The translations under genes were made by a program, and so were the position numbers. DNA of 64,000 bases, taken from Candidatus Cloacimonadota bacterium (lineage in GTDB: Bacteria > Cloacimonadota > Cloacimonadia > Cloacimonadales > WRIO01). The notes below the pieces were generated by a model, which was not told where the DNA came from, did not search any database, and was given only the letters and a program-made list of their open reading frames with translations. The stretch is taken from the NCBI GenBank assembly GCA_029564175.1, contig JAKQQL010000440.1, forward strand, positions 9,155 through 73,154, given 5' to 3'. How positions within the stretch are numbered: the stretch's first letter is position 1; every line of letters starts with the position of its first letter. Of the stretch, positions 38,593-49,777 are shown in pieces.

Positions 38593-39696
38593 TTACATTT
38601 TTTTCAAAATTGCAGTATATTTTGTTTCAAGTGCTTTATTTTTTGTCTTCATTGCTCCAAGTATTAAAAGCTGAACAGGCTCTTTTTTAGTTTGGTTAAG
38701 ATTGTACCAGATTTCAGCATATTTAATCATTTCATTCCAGCTTTCTACTTTTGAGAGATGATAACATAAAGTACTCAGATTTTCCTCAGATTGATCCGCT
38801 TCATATAATTTGCTAAGTAATTCAGTTGCTTTTGTATCATTATTAGTAGATTGAGCGATATAAGCAGCGTTAGCTAAAGCATCAACGTTTTTTGGATCGA
38901 TAGCTAATGTTTTTTCAAAGTATTCAAGGGCTTTATCTTTCTTTTCCATATAGAGATAAGATAACCCAGTAAAGAAAGTATATTCTGCATTTGAAGGAGC
39001 TAAAATGATTAATTTTTCAAAGTATTCAATTGCTTTTGGATAGTTTTTTGATTGATAAAAGTCATCTGCAATATTAAGAATGACTTTTTCATCATTTGGA
39101 TTTTTAGCAAGAATAAGGTTAAAATATTCCAGTTGTTTTGCTTTATCTCCTTTTTTATCGTAGATTGCAGCTAACATCTGGTATGTTTTCAGAGAATCAG
39201 GTGTTTCTTTTACGAGTTCATTAAAGATTCTTTCTGACTCATCATATTTTTCTTCATAAAAGAGTTCATATGCTTCTTTGAACGTACGATTCCACTGATT
39301 GGCAATCATTTTATCAGCTTCTTTTCTATACTTTTCAAAATCTTCATATTCTTTCCAGTCAGGGATAGCATCCATAGTTGAGATGACTTTTTTGTAATAT
39401 TCTGTTGATTTTGCATACAACTCATTCGCTTTATCAGGATTTTCAAAAGCTTCATTGTTGTAAATACCAGCAATATTAAATAAACTGACAACATGATCAG
39501 GGTATTCTTCAATCACTTTTAAATAAAAACTTAACGCTTTATCAATCTTTTTTTCACGGGCGTACAAAACAGCAGATCTGAAGTTTACTCGAGCCTGGCC
39601 TTTTATTTTCTGTTCTTTGCCTTTAGCAAATAGATTACCGGTAAATAAAAGAGAAATTAGTAAGCTGATGAGTATGATTGATTTAATCCTTTTCAT
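38593..39696 (-). CDS. Exported tetratricopeptide-repeat protein
   Basis: Signal peptide and repeated TPR patterns (AIEYFEKL...P, ALEYFEKTLAIDP). Confidence 0.85.
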   Translation of the reverse strand: MKRIKSIILISLLISLLFTGNLFAKGKEQKIKGQARVNFRSAVLYAREKKIDKALSFYLKVIEEYPDHVVSLFNIAGIYNNEAFENPDKANELYAKSTEYYKKVISTMDAIPDWKEYEDFEKYRKEADKMIANQWNRTFKEAYELFYEEKYDESERIFNELVKETPDSLKTYQMLAAIYDKKGDKAKQLEYFNLILAKNPNDEKVILNIADDFYQSKNYPKAIEYFEKLIILAPSNAEYTFFTGLSYLYMEKKDKALEYFEKTLAIDPKNVDALANAAYIAQSTNNDTKATELLSKLYEADQSEENLSTLCYHLSKVESWNEMIKYAEIWYNLNQTKKEPVQLLILGAMKTKNKALETKYTAILKKM

Positions 39697-39852
39697 TTAT
39701 CCTCCAATTGTTTTTTTTAATATCTTTTTTTTGAGTGGTTTTTTAGTCAAGTAGTTTATCAATATTGAAAGGAATTATTTATTTTTTTTTTGGGCTAGCA
39801 GGTCGTAATGAATCTGGATATGTCAAAATGTAGTTAGTAATGAATCGTTTTA

Positions 39853-41838
39853 TTACAATAATCCCCATCTTTTTCTTAAAAAATATTCCATACAAATCAA
39901 TGTAATAAACAGAAGTATAACTTGCCATTTTTTATATAGTTGTAACTCAATTTTTTGTTGAACTACTGTATGATTAGAAGGTTTTAAGATAATTTGGTCT
40001 AACTCTTTTGATGTCACAAATTTACCTTTACTCATGTGGCTTAACATGGCCAGCATACTATTGTTAAAACCAGTCTCATATAGTTCTTTGTTTTTACTAT
40101 GTATCATGAAAACACCATTTGTCGAGAGATTTTTTGCTTTTTCTATAACCTGATAATCATATTTTCCTGGCTTCAAATTTTCAATTTTTATATAATACTG
40201 GCTATTATTAAAAACTAAAAAATCTTCAGTTACACTTTTACCCTCTTTTTTTAAGGATATAGCAGGAGAAATATTGTTTAAAGTATTAAAGCTCTCATCA
40301 TAAGCATTTAACATAATTGAAACGCATTCTCCGTATAAATAGGTATTTTTATCTGTATAAGCATAAAATCTTTCATTGTTTTTTCTGGATATCCAGTCAA
40401 TCAATCCATTAAAGAAATTATCATAACTATCTGTTCCTGACAAGGATTTCCATTTCCATATATCAAAACCACATATGTGAAAAATGTGGGAGTTCAGATA
40501 AGAACGATACACAATCCAAGGAGACTTTGATTCATTTTCTATAAATGAGAGAATTAATCCTTGATTTTTAACGGTGAGATAAAGATAAGAGACTATTGGA
40601 ATATTCTGTGTTTCAGAAGAAAGAATTTCAAAAATCTGGTATTGATTGGCTGAAGGAGATACCTTAAAATTACCTCTAAATAAATTGCTTATGTTTGACT
40701 TCGTAACAGGACTTATCTCTTCTAAACCGTTAATCGGATAACCGATAGATAATACACCAAAACTCTGGTCCATTAAAGTAAGCAAGTTGTTTTTAAACTC
40801 ATTGTTCATAGATAATGAACCGTTGTTTACCATAATAACAGAAGCATAATCCTTTAGATCTAAATGATGAGAGATACCATTCTTATAAAATCGCTTGTTT
40901 TTTTGAATGATAATATCAGTATTGTATCTTTTATTGGCTTGTAATAGCTGAGACAGGTAGAGTACATCAAAATTTAAAACATCAGAAATTAAAGCAATTC
41001 TTTGTTTTGATTCAACAACCTGGATAGCTCCTGCCATATAATTATTGTGAATATAGTCATCTTTTACATTTGAAAGCTGAACAGAAAAGGGGATTAAGCC
41101 TGTTTGATTAAACTGTATTTCAAAATCAATATCAGAAACCTGATTTTTTATTAGTTTTACAGATTTTTCCTGAATAACTTTTTTGTCAGTTAGAAACTGA
41201 ACTTTTATGACAGATTCAGAATCTCCAGCATTAACTTTTGCTTTTATAAGGGCTGTTTCTGATCTATAGGCTGTTTTATTGTACTGGATATCTTCAATTT
41301 TAATATCATGTATTTCTTCTGATAATCCTGTATTAAAAGTATATACAGGGATATCTGATGAAGATAAAGCTTGTAAATTTTCATCATGAATCCAACCATC
41401 ACTTAAAAAAAAGATGCCTTTTATATTATGAAAGCTATTCTTTTTCTTTATAAACTCAAAAAAAGGTAGGATATATGAACTCTTTTTTTTGAGTTCATTG
41501 TACTCAGAAAGATTATGAATATCGTAATTGATTTCTTTAGCATCAAGCATATTAATGAGATTATCTTTAATTTCATTATAATACTTTGTCTTCTCTTGGT
41601 TATTAAATTTAATTTCCATACTTTCAGAATCATCATTCAGGATAATTACTTTATCTTGTATTACCTGCTTTTTTAAAAAGAATAATACAGGATTAAATAA
41701 AAAAATACATAGAATGATAATATATGAAGATCTCAAAACGCCTAAGAGTATTCTTTTATTTCGTGAAATGAAGGGAGTACTTACCCTGTAAAAGATAAGT
41801 ACTCCTATAATAACTAATATTGAAACTAAATAAATCAT
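39853..41838 (-). CDS. Membrane-anchored protein with vWA-like domain
   Basis: Two N-terminal TM segments, DDSESM (DxSxS MIDAS-like) and LSDG, C-terminal TM ending EYFLRKRWGLL. Confidence 0.7.
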   Translation of the reverse strand: MIYLVSILVIIGVLIFYRVSTPFISRNKRILLGVLRSSYIIILCIFLFNPVLFFLKKQVIQDKVIILNDDSESMEIKFNNQEKTKYYNEIKDNLINMLDAKEINYDIHNLSEYNELKKKSSYILPFFEFIKKKNSFHNIKGIFFLSDGWIHDENLQALSSSDIPVYTFNTGLSEEIHDIKIEDIQYNKTAYRSETALIKAKVNAGDSESVIKVQFLTDKKVIQEKSVKLIKNQVSDIDFEIQFNQTGLIPFSVQLSNVKDDYIHNNYMAGAIQVVESKQRIALISDVLNFDVLYLSQLLQANKRYNTDIIIQKNKRFYKNGISHHLDLKDYASVIMVNNGSLSMNNEFKNNLLTLMDQSFGVLSIGYPINGLEEISPVTKSNISNLFRGNFKVSPSANQYQIFEILSSETQNIPIVSYLYLTVKNQGLILSFIENESKSPWIVYRSYLNSHIFHICGFDIWKWKSLSGTDSYDNFFNGLIDWISRKNNERFYAYTDKNTYLYGECVSIMLNAYDESFNTLNNISPAISLKKEGKSVTEDFLVFNNSQYYIKIENLKPGKYDYQVIEKAKNLSTNGVFMIHSKNKELYETGFNNSMLAMLSHMSKGKFVTSKELDQIILKPSNHTVVQQKIELQLYKKWQVILLFITLICMEYFLRKRWGLL

Positions 41839-43094
41839 TAGAATCTAAACTTCATTTGTAATGACAAAGATGTCCCTTTTGATGACTGACCAGCAAATGC
41901 ATCATAGAACTGGAACCCAAGTCCTGTTTCCCAGTATTTCCATCTTAATCCAAGCCCGTATGATGTAACAGAAGGATGTGAATCATTTCCAAACTGATGA
42001 CCGAATTGAACAGGCATAAATCCTAATATGTCATATTCAAGTGCAAATGCAGTATCCATTTCATCAGAACCAAATGCAGATTCTTTTGAATATTTTGAGA
42101 TATCTAAGGATGCTGATAAATCCTTATACTGATATAAGAATCCCATCGCAAATTTCATGGGTAAATCAGTTGAAAAACTGTCAATAGAATATGTGGTATC
42201 CTGCTGAGTATAAAAATCATCATCGAGGTTGACTACATAAACATTGTCTGCGGTAATTTTAAACTCTTTAGCTTCACAACTTATACTGTTACTGAACATT
42301 CCAAGCAGGTTATCAAAAGTCATACCCATCGATAGTGACTGGTTTTTGCTTGTAAACACTTCTGATGAAAATCCAAGCATCCCTTTAAATCCATAACCTC
42401 CACCATAATTGATAGTCATATCCTGATTGAGGTTTAAACCTTCGTCACTTGCTTTGAATAAGCCATTAAATTTATCCATCTTTCCGCTTGCCCCTGATAG
42501 TAAACTAACTGAAAAGCCATAATTGATATCAGGAATGTTTGTTAAATATTTCGGTACCAGTTTATTGAGTTTATAGCCACCAAAAGCAACTGTAATGTCT
42601 TGCATTGCAAGAAAATTCATATCATTGTTCTTTTTTGAAAAAACATAATCCTGATCATATTCATTACCGTTTAAAATAAGATTGAGATAGTTTTCATCAA
42701 TTTTGGCATAAGATGTGAAATATGAACCTAATGCTAATCCAAAGCCTTTTGTAGCGTATCCAAAAAGAATTGTATTAAATTCCATGTTGACATTTAAATT
42801 ACCATCCATTTCATTAAGAAATTTGTCTTTTAAATCTTGACTCAGCGTATCCACCATCAGTTCATTATATAAATCTATTGATAAAGCATTATTGTAAATT
42901 CTGTATGATAAGGGTAAAATCTGCATTTCTGCTCTGGTTTCCAGATTTGGTAAATTCGCCGGATTCCAGTATATTGCATCCACCCCTTTTGCTCTTTGCA
43001 TATAACTTCCAGAATAGGGGATTGATGAAGGGGTATTGATTGCATAGAGGCTGGCAATACATGTTATGATGAGTATAATGATTATTTTCTTCAT
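41838..43094 (-). CDS. Outer-membrane beta-barrel protein (FadL-clan/DUF5723-like)
   Basis: Signal peptide, AKGVDAIYWNPANL motif, C-terminal beta signal MKFRF. Confidence 0.65.
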   Translation of the reverse strand: MKKIIIILIITCIASLYAINTPSSIPYSGSYMQRAKGVDAIYWNPANLPNLETRAEMQILPLSYRIYNNALSIDLYNELMVDTLSQDLKDKFLNEMDGNLNVNMEFNTILFGYATKGFGLALGSYFTSYAKIDENYLNLILNGNEYDQDYVFSKKNNDMNFLAMQDITVAFGGYKLNKLVPKYLTNIPDINYGFSVSLLSGASGKMDKFNGLFKASDEGLNLNQDMTINYGGGYGFKGMLGFSSEVFTSKNQSLSMGMTFDNLLGMFSNSISCEAKEFKITADNVYVVNLDDDFYTQQDTTYSIDSFSTDLPMKFAMGFLYQYKDLSASLDISKYSKESAFGSDEMDTAFALEYDILGFMPVQFGHQFGNDSHPSVTSYGLGLRWKYWETGLGFQFYDAFAGQSSKGTSLSLQMKFRF

Positions 43095-43102
43095 GATTCC
43101 TC

Positions 43103-44665
43103 CTATTCCTGGTCACCGTTGATTGTCATGACAATATCAAGACTTGATATGACTTTGATTTTTTCATAAGAATGCATTATTGTATTTGTATCATTAAATG
43201 TAAATTGGATACCAAAATAGATGGTTTCATGCTCTGTAAAGATTGATAAATCTTCTTCTGAAATGCTAAACTCAAGAACACCAGGACTTGGAGATGTGAC
43301 TGAACCAGGAGTAATGCTATTGTTTAAGAAAACAACTCGTTTTAGAGAGGGTGTGTTTATTTCTGTATTTTGATATACAACATTTTTATCATTTACGTTA
43401 CAGAGATACATATTGACGGAAGCGCCTGCACTGAATTCATTCCAAACTTTAACAGTAAAGCTAACATTTTTTGCATTCTTTTCAATCTGATCTCGGTTTG
43501 ATTCGCTGATATTCATTTCTATCAGTTCTTTTGGTCTGATGGGTTCGTTAGGTGTAAATTCGAAATCAAAAGGAACAGTTGCTCTATAATTACCAGAGTA
43601 TCCCTGACCTTCACGTGCGAAACCTATTAAGTTAAGCGGATTATCAAGAGTAAATGTCGCATTAACCAACTCAAAACGATCAGGCATAATACTCATAATA
43701 TGTTCAACAGATTCAGTAAATACAAGCGTAGTAAGCGTAGAGTCTCCAATTGTATAAGCTCTTTCAATTGTTCTTTGGGCTAAAGGATAAGTTCTGCTTT
43801 CACCTGTTCGGGAATTGTAAGAAACAAGGGTTCCATTAAAGAAAGCGGTATAGCCTAATTTATTCCAGATATTAAATTTAACAACTGGTGAGTTGATATG
43901 CATTGCATTTTCAATATTATCTGGATATTCTACAGAAATATTTGATGAAAAGTCATCAGCATCAATCTCAAGACTATGAATCAAACCTCTTATTTGAGAA
44001 AAATAAATGGGGTTCTCATAATTTACCTTAACTTTTGTTAAAATAGTGCCAGCTGGGACTGATACTCCAGGATTGAGTTCGTGAGTTATTGTAAAATGGA
44101 TATCAGTTAACATCTGATTTGGGTCTTCCTGATAGAATCTAAAATTAGCTAAATCAATATCATTAATGCTTGACAGCTCGTTAGATGTAAATGTTTTTGT
44201 ATAAGGAGTGTCATCAGGAGAGTGTAACTCTTCAAAAGCGATCGTTACGGATTGAAGTTTTGAATAATCTGTGTCAGTAAACTCAAATCTTAACTGACCA
44301 CTTCTGACAGTTGAACTTACAATTTCTACATCATCCTGCATTTCAGGATTATGAATTGAAATTGAGTCTAATTGGATTGATGATACAATTGGGATAAATC
44401 CTGAACCGTCTGGATTTGCAGAAATCTTTAAGCGACCTTCTTCAATTTCAGCGCCTTCAATTAGACCTTCTGTATAGAAGAACATGGTCGAATCTGCATC
44501 CATACCAAAATTTAAGCTATCAATCAGGTCTCCTGCATAGTAGTCTTTGTTCATAAGAGGTACCTTAAAATTGACATCCCATTGAGGTGTCTTTGGTTCA
44601 TTAATATCGCAGGCAGCTAAAAACAGCATGAGAGCGATGAGTGTTAAAAACATTACTTTTTTCAT
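43103..44665 (-). CDS. Lipoprotein of unknown function
   Basis: Lipobox LAAC after a hydrophobic signal; beta-rich acidic body. Confidence 0.75.
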   Translation of the reverse strand: MKKVMFLTLIALMLFLAACDINEPKTPQWDVNFKVPLMNKDYYAGDLIDSLNFGMDADSTMFFYTEGLIEGAEIEEGRLKISANPDGSGFIPIVSSIQLDSISIHNPEMQDDVEIVSSTVRSGQLRFEFTDTDYSKLQSVTIAFEELHSPDDTPYTKTFTSNELSSINDIDLANFRFYQEDPNQMLTDIHFTITHELNPGVSVPAGTILTKVKVNYENPIYFSQIRGLIHSLEIDADDFSSNISVEYPDNIENAMHINSPVVKFNIWNKLGYTAFFNGTLVSYNSRTGESRTYPLAQRTIERAYTIGDSTLTTLVFTESVEHIMSIMPDRFELVNATFTLDNPLNLIGFAREGQGYSGNYRATVPFDFEFTPNEPIRPKELIEMNISESNRDQIEKNAKNVSFTVKVWNEFSAGASVNMYLCNVNDKNVVYQNTEINTPSLKRVVFLNNSITPGSVTSPSPGVLEFSISEEDLSIFTEHETIYFGIQFTFNDTNTIMHSYEKIKVISSLDIVMTINGDQE

Positions 44666-45654
44666 ATCTCCTCCATATTTATCTCTTGAATATAATAAGA
44701 CTCTTTTTTTAGTGTTTTGTCAACAATTATTTTTTCGGGTAGCTTTAGGCTTAATTTATTTTTACAAAAATCAAGAACATATTTCTGATTTCCAAGTAAC
44801 AAAGAAGCATCAAAAGGGGATATGTAAAGAATTTTTGCCTGTTTGACATGAGAAAGGCATTTTTCTAATAATAAAATGCCTTTGATAAGCTCTCCAAAAT
44901 TTTGATGCCACGGACCACTGATTACTTCTTTTTTAGTGATGTTTAAATCTGAATGGAGCCCAATTTTAATAATTTTTGTTGGACTTACTTCCGTTTTTTT
45001 TACTACTGCACTAACAGCTAGTAGTGCTTCGTCTAGATTCCATGGATCGAACAATCCTTCATGATACATTCGCTCGAGCTCAGTTCCTTTCAAGACGATT
45101 GTTGGATATAAACGCAGATAATCGGGTTTGAGACTTAAAGCAATCTCTGCAGATTTTAAGAAGGTCTCAATACGATCTCCAGGTAATCCTGGCATTAATT
45201 GAATACATAATTTAAAATGATTTTCTTTAATCAGTTTGCATGCTTCAGTTGCCTGATTTACGGTATATCCTCTGTAACTTTGTTTAAGTACATTCTCCTG
45301 AAAACTTTGAATGCCTAGTTCAATTGTCCTGACATGATTTTCTTTTAAAAAAGAAAGAATGTTTTTGTTGATAAAATCAGGTCTGGTTGAAATTCTAAAA
45401 CTTGTTTTATCATCCAATAACTTTAGTGTTTGACTAAATAATTGCTTTTGTACTTCGGGTTTTAATGCCGTGAATGTTCCTCCAAAAAAAGCAATTTCTT
45501 TATCAATACCTGCATTTTTATGAATAAATTGTTTAATTTTTTCTGTATCTATTGTAAAACTATCTGATGCATGGTGAGTAATCGTTTCCTGCTGACAATA
45601 GATACAGCGAAAAGGGCATCCCTGAAAGGGTATAAAAACGGGGTAAATTAACAT
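44662..45654 (-). CDS. Radical SAM protein (Elp3-like)
   Basis: CPFRCIYC, AFFGGTFT, ISTRPD, IELGIQS, QLMPGLPG; abuts rnc. Confidence 0.88.
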   Translation of the reverse strand: MLIYPVFIPFQGCPFRCIYCQQETITHHASDSFTIDTEKIKQFIHKNAGIDKEIAFFGGTFTALKPEVQKQLFSQTLKLLDDKTSFRISTRPDFINKNILSFLKENHVRTIELGIQSFQENVLKQSYRGYTVNQATEACKLIKENHFKLCIQLMPGLPGDRIETFLKSAEIALSLKPDYLRLYPTIVLKGTELERMYHEGLFDPWNLDEALLAVSAVVKKTEVSPTKIIKIGLHSDLNITKKEVISGPWHQNFGELIKGILLLEKCLSHVKQAKILYISPFDASLLLGNQKYVLDFCKNKLSLKLPEKIIVDKTLKKESYYIQEINMEEI

Positions 45655-46421
45655 AAATTTAAACGTTTACATGCTGAAAAAGCCGCTTTTTGCTGAGCTT
45701 CCTTTTTGTTTGGACCCTCTCCCTGACCATATTTTTTAGAGTTGATATAGACTTCCATAATAAATGTTTTTTGATGATCAGGCCCTGATTCCTGTTGAAG
45801 AACATACTGAGGAGTACACTGATATTTACCTTGAGTATATTCTTGAAGAATGCTTTTATAATTTATCATATCAACTGAAAATAGGTCTTTCTCAAACCCA
45901 ACAATGATGAATTTGTGGATGAACTGACGAGCTTTGTTTAATCCGCCATCCAGATATAAAGCACAGATAAGCGCTTCCATTGTGTCAGCAATGATAGATT
46001 TACGCTCTTCACCACCATTTTTTCTTTCTTCATCACTCATCTGGATAAACTCACCGAGTTTGATATTAAGGGCTTTTATCGCCAGGAATTTCTCGGATAC
46101 GATGTTAGATTTATATTTAGAGAGGTCTCCTTCAGCCTTTTCAGGAAAATGAGCAAACAAATACTCTGCTACGATTAATCCTAAGACAGAATCACCCAGA
46201 AATTCCATACGTTCATAAGGAGATGTTGTACAAGGTTCATTTTCGTTTCTTCTAAAAATAGAATCATGGGTCAGAGCTGCAATTAATAAACTTTTATTCT
46301 TAAATCTATAAGAAATTAAATCTTCAAACTGGTTCAGTTTTTCAATACGTTCAGGACTTTGGTTTTCATTATGGAAATTATTGGTCAGATAACTAATAAC
46401 TTTTTTAAGAAAAGACAGCAA
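45648..46421 (-). CDS. rnc: Ribonuclease III
   Basis: ERMEFLGDSVL, ADTMEALI.ALYLD, dsRBD NYKSILQE...GPDH...KKEAQQKAA. Confidence 0.96.
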   Translation of the reverse strand: MLSFLKKVISYLTNNFHNENQSPERIEKLNQFEDLISYRFKNKSLLIAALTHDSIFRRNENEPCTTSPYERMEFLGDSVLGLIVAEYLFAHFPEKAEGDLSKYKSNIVSEKFLAIKALNIKLGEFIQMSDEERKNGGEERKSIIADTMEALICALYLDGGLNKARQFIHKFIIVGFEKDLFSVDMINYKSILQEYTQGKYQCTPQYVLQQESGPDHQKTFIMEVYINSKKYGQGEGPNKKEAQQKAAFSACKRLNLC

Positions 46422-46457
46422 AGAGCCTCCTTTTAAAAAGATTACTAAAAAAAGAAA

Positions 46458-46480
46458 GACGGGCAGTAAAACTGCCCATC
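46458..46480 (-). terminator. Terminator-like hairpin after fabF
   Basis: gacgggcagt-aaa-actgcccatc preceded by an A-run (U-tract on the minus strand). Confidence 0.7.
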
Positions 46481-46486
46481 AGGAAA

Positions 46487-47725
46487 TTAGATTTTTTTAA
46501 ATATCATTACTCCGTTATGACCGCCAAAACCAAGAGAGTTACTTAAAGCATATTCGATACTAATTTCTCTGTTGCCTTTGGTTACATAATCAAGATCACA
46601 ATCAGGATCTGGAGTTTCATAATTTAGAGTTTGATGAACAATCTTATTTTCAATTGATTTAACACACACAATTGCTTCTAAGGCAGCAGCTGCCCCTAAA
46701 GTATGTCCAAACATTGATTTTGAAGAGTTAACGGCTACTTTTAAAGCATGATCTCCAAAGATTGTTTTAATAGCAATTGTTTCATTTTTATCATTAAGAG
46801 GTGTAGAAGTGCCATGAGCATTGATATATTGAATGTCTGAAGGCGTTATTCCTGCATCTTTAATAGCCATTTTCATAGCTCGAGCGCCACCTTCTCCATT
46901 TTCAGCCGGTGCTGTAATATGATAAGCATCGTCAGTTGCTCCATAACCTACCACTTCAGCGTAGATTTTTGCGCCTCTTTTTTGAGCATGTTCCAGCTCT
47001 TCAAGGACTAACATGCCTGCACCTTCAGCCATTACAAATCCATCTCTGCCTGCATCAAAAGGTCTGCTGGCAGTTTTAGGATCATCATTTCTGGTACTAA
47101 GTGCTTTCATAGAACAGAATCCTGCAATAGAAAGAGGTGTTACTGCAGCTTCAGTTCCTCCTGTTATCATGACATCAACATCACCATATTGTAATGCACG
47201 TAATGCTGTACCAATGGCATGATTTGCAGAAGCACATGCTGACACACAGTTAAAATTAATGCCTTTAAAATTATATTCAATTGCAATATAAGCTGCTGCA
47301 ATGTTTGAAATCATTTTAGGGATAAAGAAAGGACTGATTCTTCTTGGCCCGCTTTCAACCAGCTTACGGGCTTCTTCTTCAAAAGAAAGCATTCCGCCGA
47401 TGCCTGCACCAGTAATTACACCAACTCTTTCCGGATCATAATTTTCAGGCGTGAGATTAGCATCTTTTACTGCTTCGCGTGCGGCAATAATTGCATATTG
47501 TGTATAAGGGTCCAGTTTGCCGATACTTTTTTTATCAAAATAATTTAAAGGATCGTAATTTTTAATTTCACCTGCAATTTGGGCAGCATAGACAGATGCA
47601 TCAAATCGGGTGATTCTGTCAATACCGCTAACACCTTTTAAAAGATTATTCCAGGTTTCCTGTACATTTGAACCGATCGGGCTGATTGCACCCATACCTG
47701 TTATGACTATACGGCGTTTATTCAT
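46487..47725 (-). CDS. fabF: 3-oxoacyl-ACP synthase II
   Basis: SACASA, NAHGTSTP, KSMFGHTLGAA, SNSLGFGGHN. Confidence 0.96.
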   Translation of the reverse strand: MNKRRIVITGMGAISPIGSNVQETWNNLLKGVSGIDRITRFDASVYAAQIAGEIKNYDPLNYFDKKSIGKLDPYTQYAIIAAREAVKDANLTPENYDPERVGVITGAGIGGMLSFEEEARKLVESGPRRISPFFIPKMISNIAAAYIAIEYNFKGINFNCVSACASANHAIGTALRALQYGDVDVMITGGTEAAVTPLSIAGFCSMKALSTRNDDPKTASRPFDAGRDGFVMAEGAGMLVLEELEHAQKRGAKIYAEVVGYGATDDAYHITAPAENGEGGARAMKMAIKDAGITPSDIQYINAHGTSTPLNDKNETIAIKTIFGDHALKVAVNSSKSMFGHTLGAAAALEAIVCVKSIENKIVHQTLNYETPDPDCDLDYVTKGNREISIEYALSNSLGFGGHNGVMIFKKI

Positions 47726-47745
47726 TTGTTACCTCACGTTTTCTT

Positions 47746-47782
47746 AAAAAATGCTATTACTCAGTTGGCTGAGTAATAGCAT
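47746..47782 (-). terminator. Strong hairpin after acpP
   Basis: 14-bp perfect stem atgctattactcag-ttgg-ctgagtaatagcat with an adjacent A-run. Confidence 0.8.
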
Positions 47783-47790
47783 AGACAAAA

Positions 47791-48024
47791 TTAGTTTACA
47801 TGTTCACTGATATAAGTGATAGCATCCTGTACAGATTTGATTTTTTCAGAATCTGTATCTGGAATTTCAATGCCAAATTCTTCTTCGAATTTCATGATTA
47901 ATTCTACTGAGTCTAAAGAGTCAGCACCTAAATCTTCGATGAAACGAGCATTTGGCTGAATTTCTGATTCGTCAACACCTAATTTGTCAACGATGATTTC
48001 TTTTACTTTTGCTGCGATATCCAT
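47791..48024 (-). CDS. acpP: Acyl carrier protein
   Basis: [12 protein letters not shown]. Start set at ATG 48024 after GGAGG. Confidence 0.96.
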   Translation of the reverse strand: MDIAAKVKEIIVDKLGVDESEIQPNARFIEDLGADSLDSVELIMKFEEEFGIEIPDTDSEKIKSVQDAITYISEHVN

Positions 48025-48052
48025 TCTTTCCTCCATTTTTAGAGTCTGTATT

Positions 48053-48799
48053 TTATGACATTATCAAGCCACCGTCAACCTGAAGGGTTTGACCGGTAAT
48101 ATAAGCCGCTTCATCAGATGCAAGAAATATGCATGCGTTAGCGACATCTACAGGTTTACCCATTCTCTGGAGCGGAATGGCTTTTGCATAATTTTCTACT
48201 ACTTCGGCACTTAGCTGAGCCGTCATTTCTGTTTCGATAAATCCAGGGGCAATTGCGTTTGCTCGAATATTACGAGTTGCAAACTCTTTTGCTGTGGATT
48301 TTGTCAGGGCAATAATCCCACCTTTTGAGGCTGCATAGTTGCTTTGACCGATATTACCCATGAGTCCGATTACTGAGGCAATATTGATGATATTACCTGA
48401 TTTTTGATTTAACATAAATCTGGATACTTTTTGAATACAGTTAAAAGTCCCTTTGAGATTGACATTAATGACTGCATCCCAATCTGTTTCTTTCATACGC
48501 ATAATCAATGTATCTTTTGTGATACCTGCATTATTTATCAGCACATCAATTCTTTGATATTTAGCGACAATTGCTTTGAATGTTGCTTCTATCTGTGCTG
48601 AATCTGTTACATTGATAACAAAACCATCTGCATGATAATTCTGCTCAGTTAATTTAGTAACAGCTTGATTAACAGCTTCTTCAGAAATGTCAGATATGAT
48701 GGTAATTGCACCTTCCTGAGCAAATCTTTCTGCGATAGTGAAACCAATACCACGAGCTGAACCTGTAACTATGACTACTTTATTTTCAAATCTTCTCAT
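48053..48799 (-). CDS. fabG: 3-oxoacyl-ACP reductase
   Basis: [23 protein letters not shown]. Confidence 0.95.
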   Translation of the reverse strand: MRRFENKVVIVTGSARGIGFTIAERFAQEGAITIISDISEEAVNQAVTKLTEQNYHADGFVINVTDSAQIEATFKAIVAKYQRIDVLINNAGITKDTLIMRMKETDWDAVINVNLKGTFNCIQKVSRFMLNQKSGNIINIASVIGLMGNIGQSNYAASKGGIIALTKSTAKEFATRNIRANAIAPGFIETEMTAQLSAEVVENYAKAIPLQRMGKPVDVANACIFLASDEAAYITGQTLQVDGGLIMS

Positions 48800-49749
48800 A
48801 ATGACTCCAACTGATTGATAACATTTTCAATATCAGTGATTTTGTCGATATTGAACACTTTAGCATTTTCATTGATTTTGGTAATCATACCATTTAGCAC
48901 TTTCTGTGGACCAAATTCTATGAATAAATTCACATTCTGTTCTTTAAGATAGTTGATTGTATCAACCCATTGAACTGAATGGGTAACCTGTTCTACCAGA
49001 TTATTTTTAATCTTGATCGGATTTGTTTCTGGTAAAGCATTGATATTCGATACTACAGGAATCTCTGTCTGATTGAATACAACATGATTCATTTCATCTT
49101 CTAACCATTGGCTTGCTTTTTCAATCAAAGGTGAATGAAAAGGACCTCCAACAACTAAAGGCATGACTCGCTTTGCTTTTGCTTCTTTGGCAAGTTCAGT
49201 TGCCTTATCAACGCCAGCTTTTGTACCGGAGATTACAGTCTGAATTGGTGTGTTAAAATTAGCCGCAACAACCAGAGCGGTTTCTGATGCTTTCTCACAA
49301 ATTTCTTTTACTTTTTCAGGGGATAGTCCTAAAACAGCAGACATTGCAAAATCCTGACCATCATTTGCTTTAATCATGAATTCGCCACGTTTATGTACCA
49401 GATAGAGTGCATCATTGAATGATAGTACGCCATTTGCGACTAATGCTGAGAATTCTCCAAGAGAATGTCCTGCAACATAATCAGGTTTAATTTCAAGCTT
49501 TTTCTGTAATTCAAGCCATGCTACAATGCTGTGAAACAAGATAGCCGGCTGAGTGAATTTTGTATCTTTTAATTGTTCTTCCGGACCGTTACTCATGATA
49601 TCTGATAAATCAAAGCCTGATTTATCTTTAAATTGATTTAAGACTAACTGATAATCTTCATTATTCTGAAAGAAATCAGTTGCCATTCCGATATATTGAG
49701 CCCCTTGTCCAGGAAATACAAAAGCTATTTTATTATTTTTATAAGACAT
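48796..49749 (-). CDS. fabD: Malonyl-CoA:ACP transacylase
   Basis: FPGQGAQ, TQPA, GHSLGE, PFHS. Confidence 0.96.
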   Translation of the reverse strand: MSYKNNKIAFVFPGQGAQYIGMATDFFQNNEDYQLVLNQFKDKSGFDLSDIMSNGPEEQLKDTKFTQPAILFHSIVAWLELQKKLEIKPDYVAGHSLGEFSALVANGVLSFNDALYLVHKRGEFMIKANDGQDFAMSAVLGLSPEKVKEICEKASETALVVAANFNTPIQTVISGTKAGVDKATELAKEAKAKRVMPLVVGGPFHSPLIEKASQWLEDEMNHVVFNQTEIPVVSNINALPETNPIKIKNNLVEQVTHSVQWVDTINYLKEQNVNLFIEFGPQKVLNGMITKINENAKVFNIDKITDIENVINQLESL

Positions 49750-49777
49750 TACAACTCCTTTTGTAATAAGGAAATGA

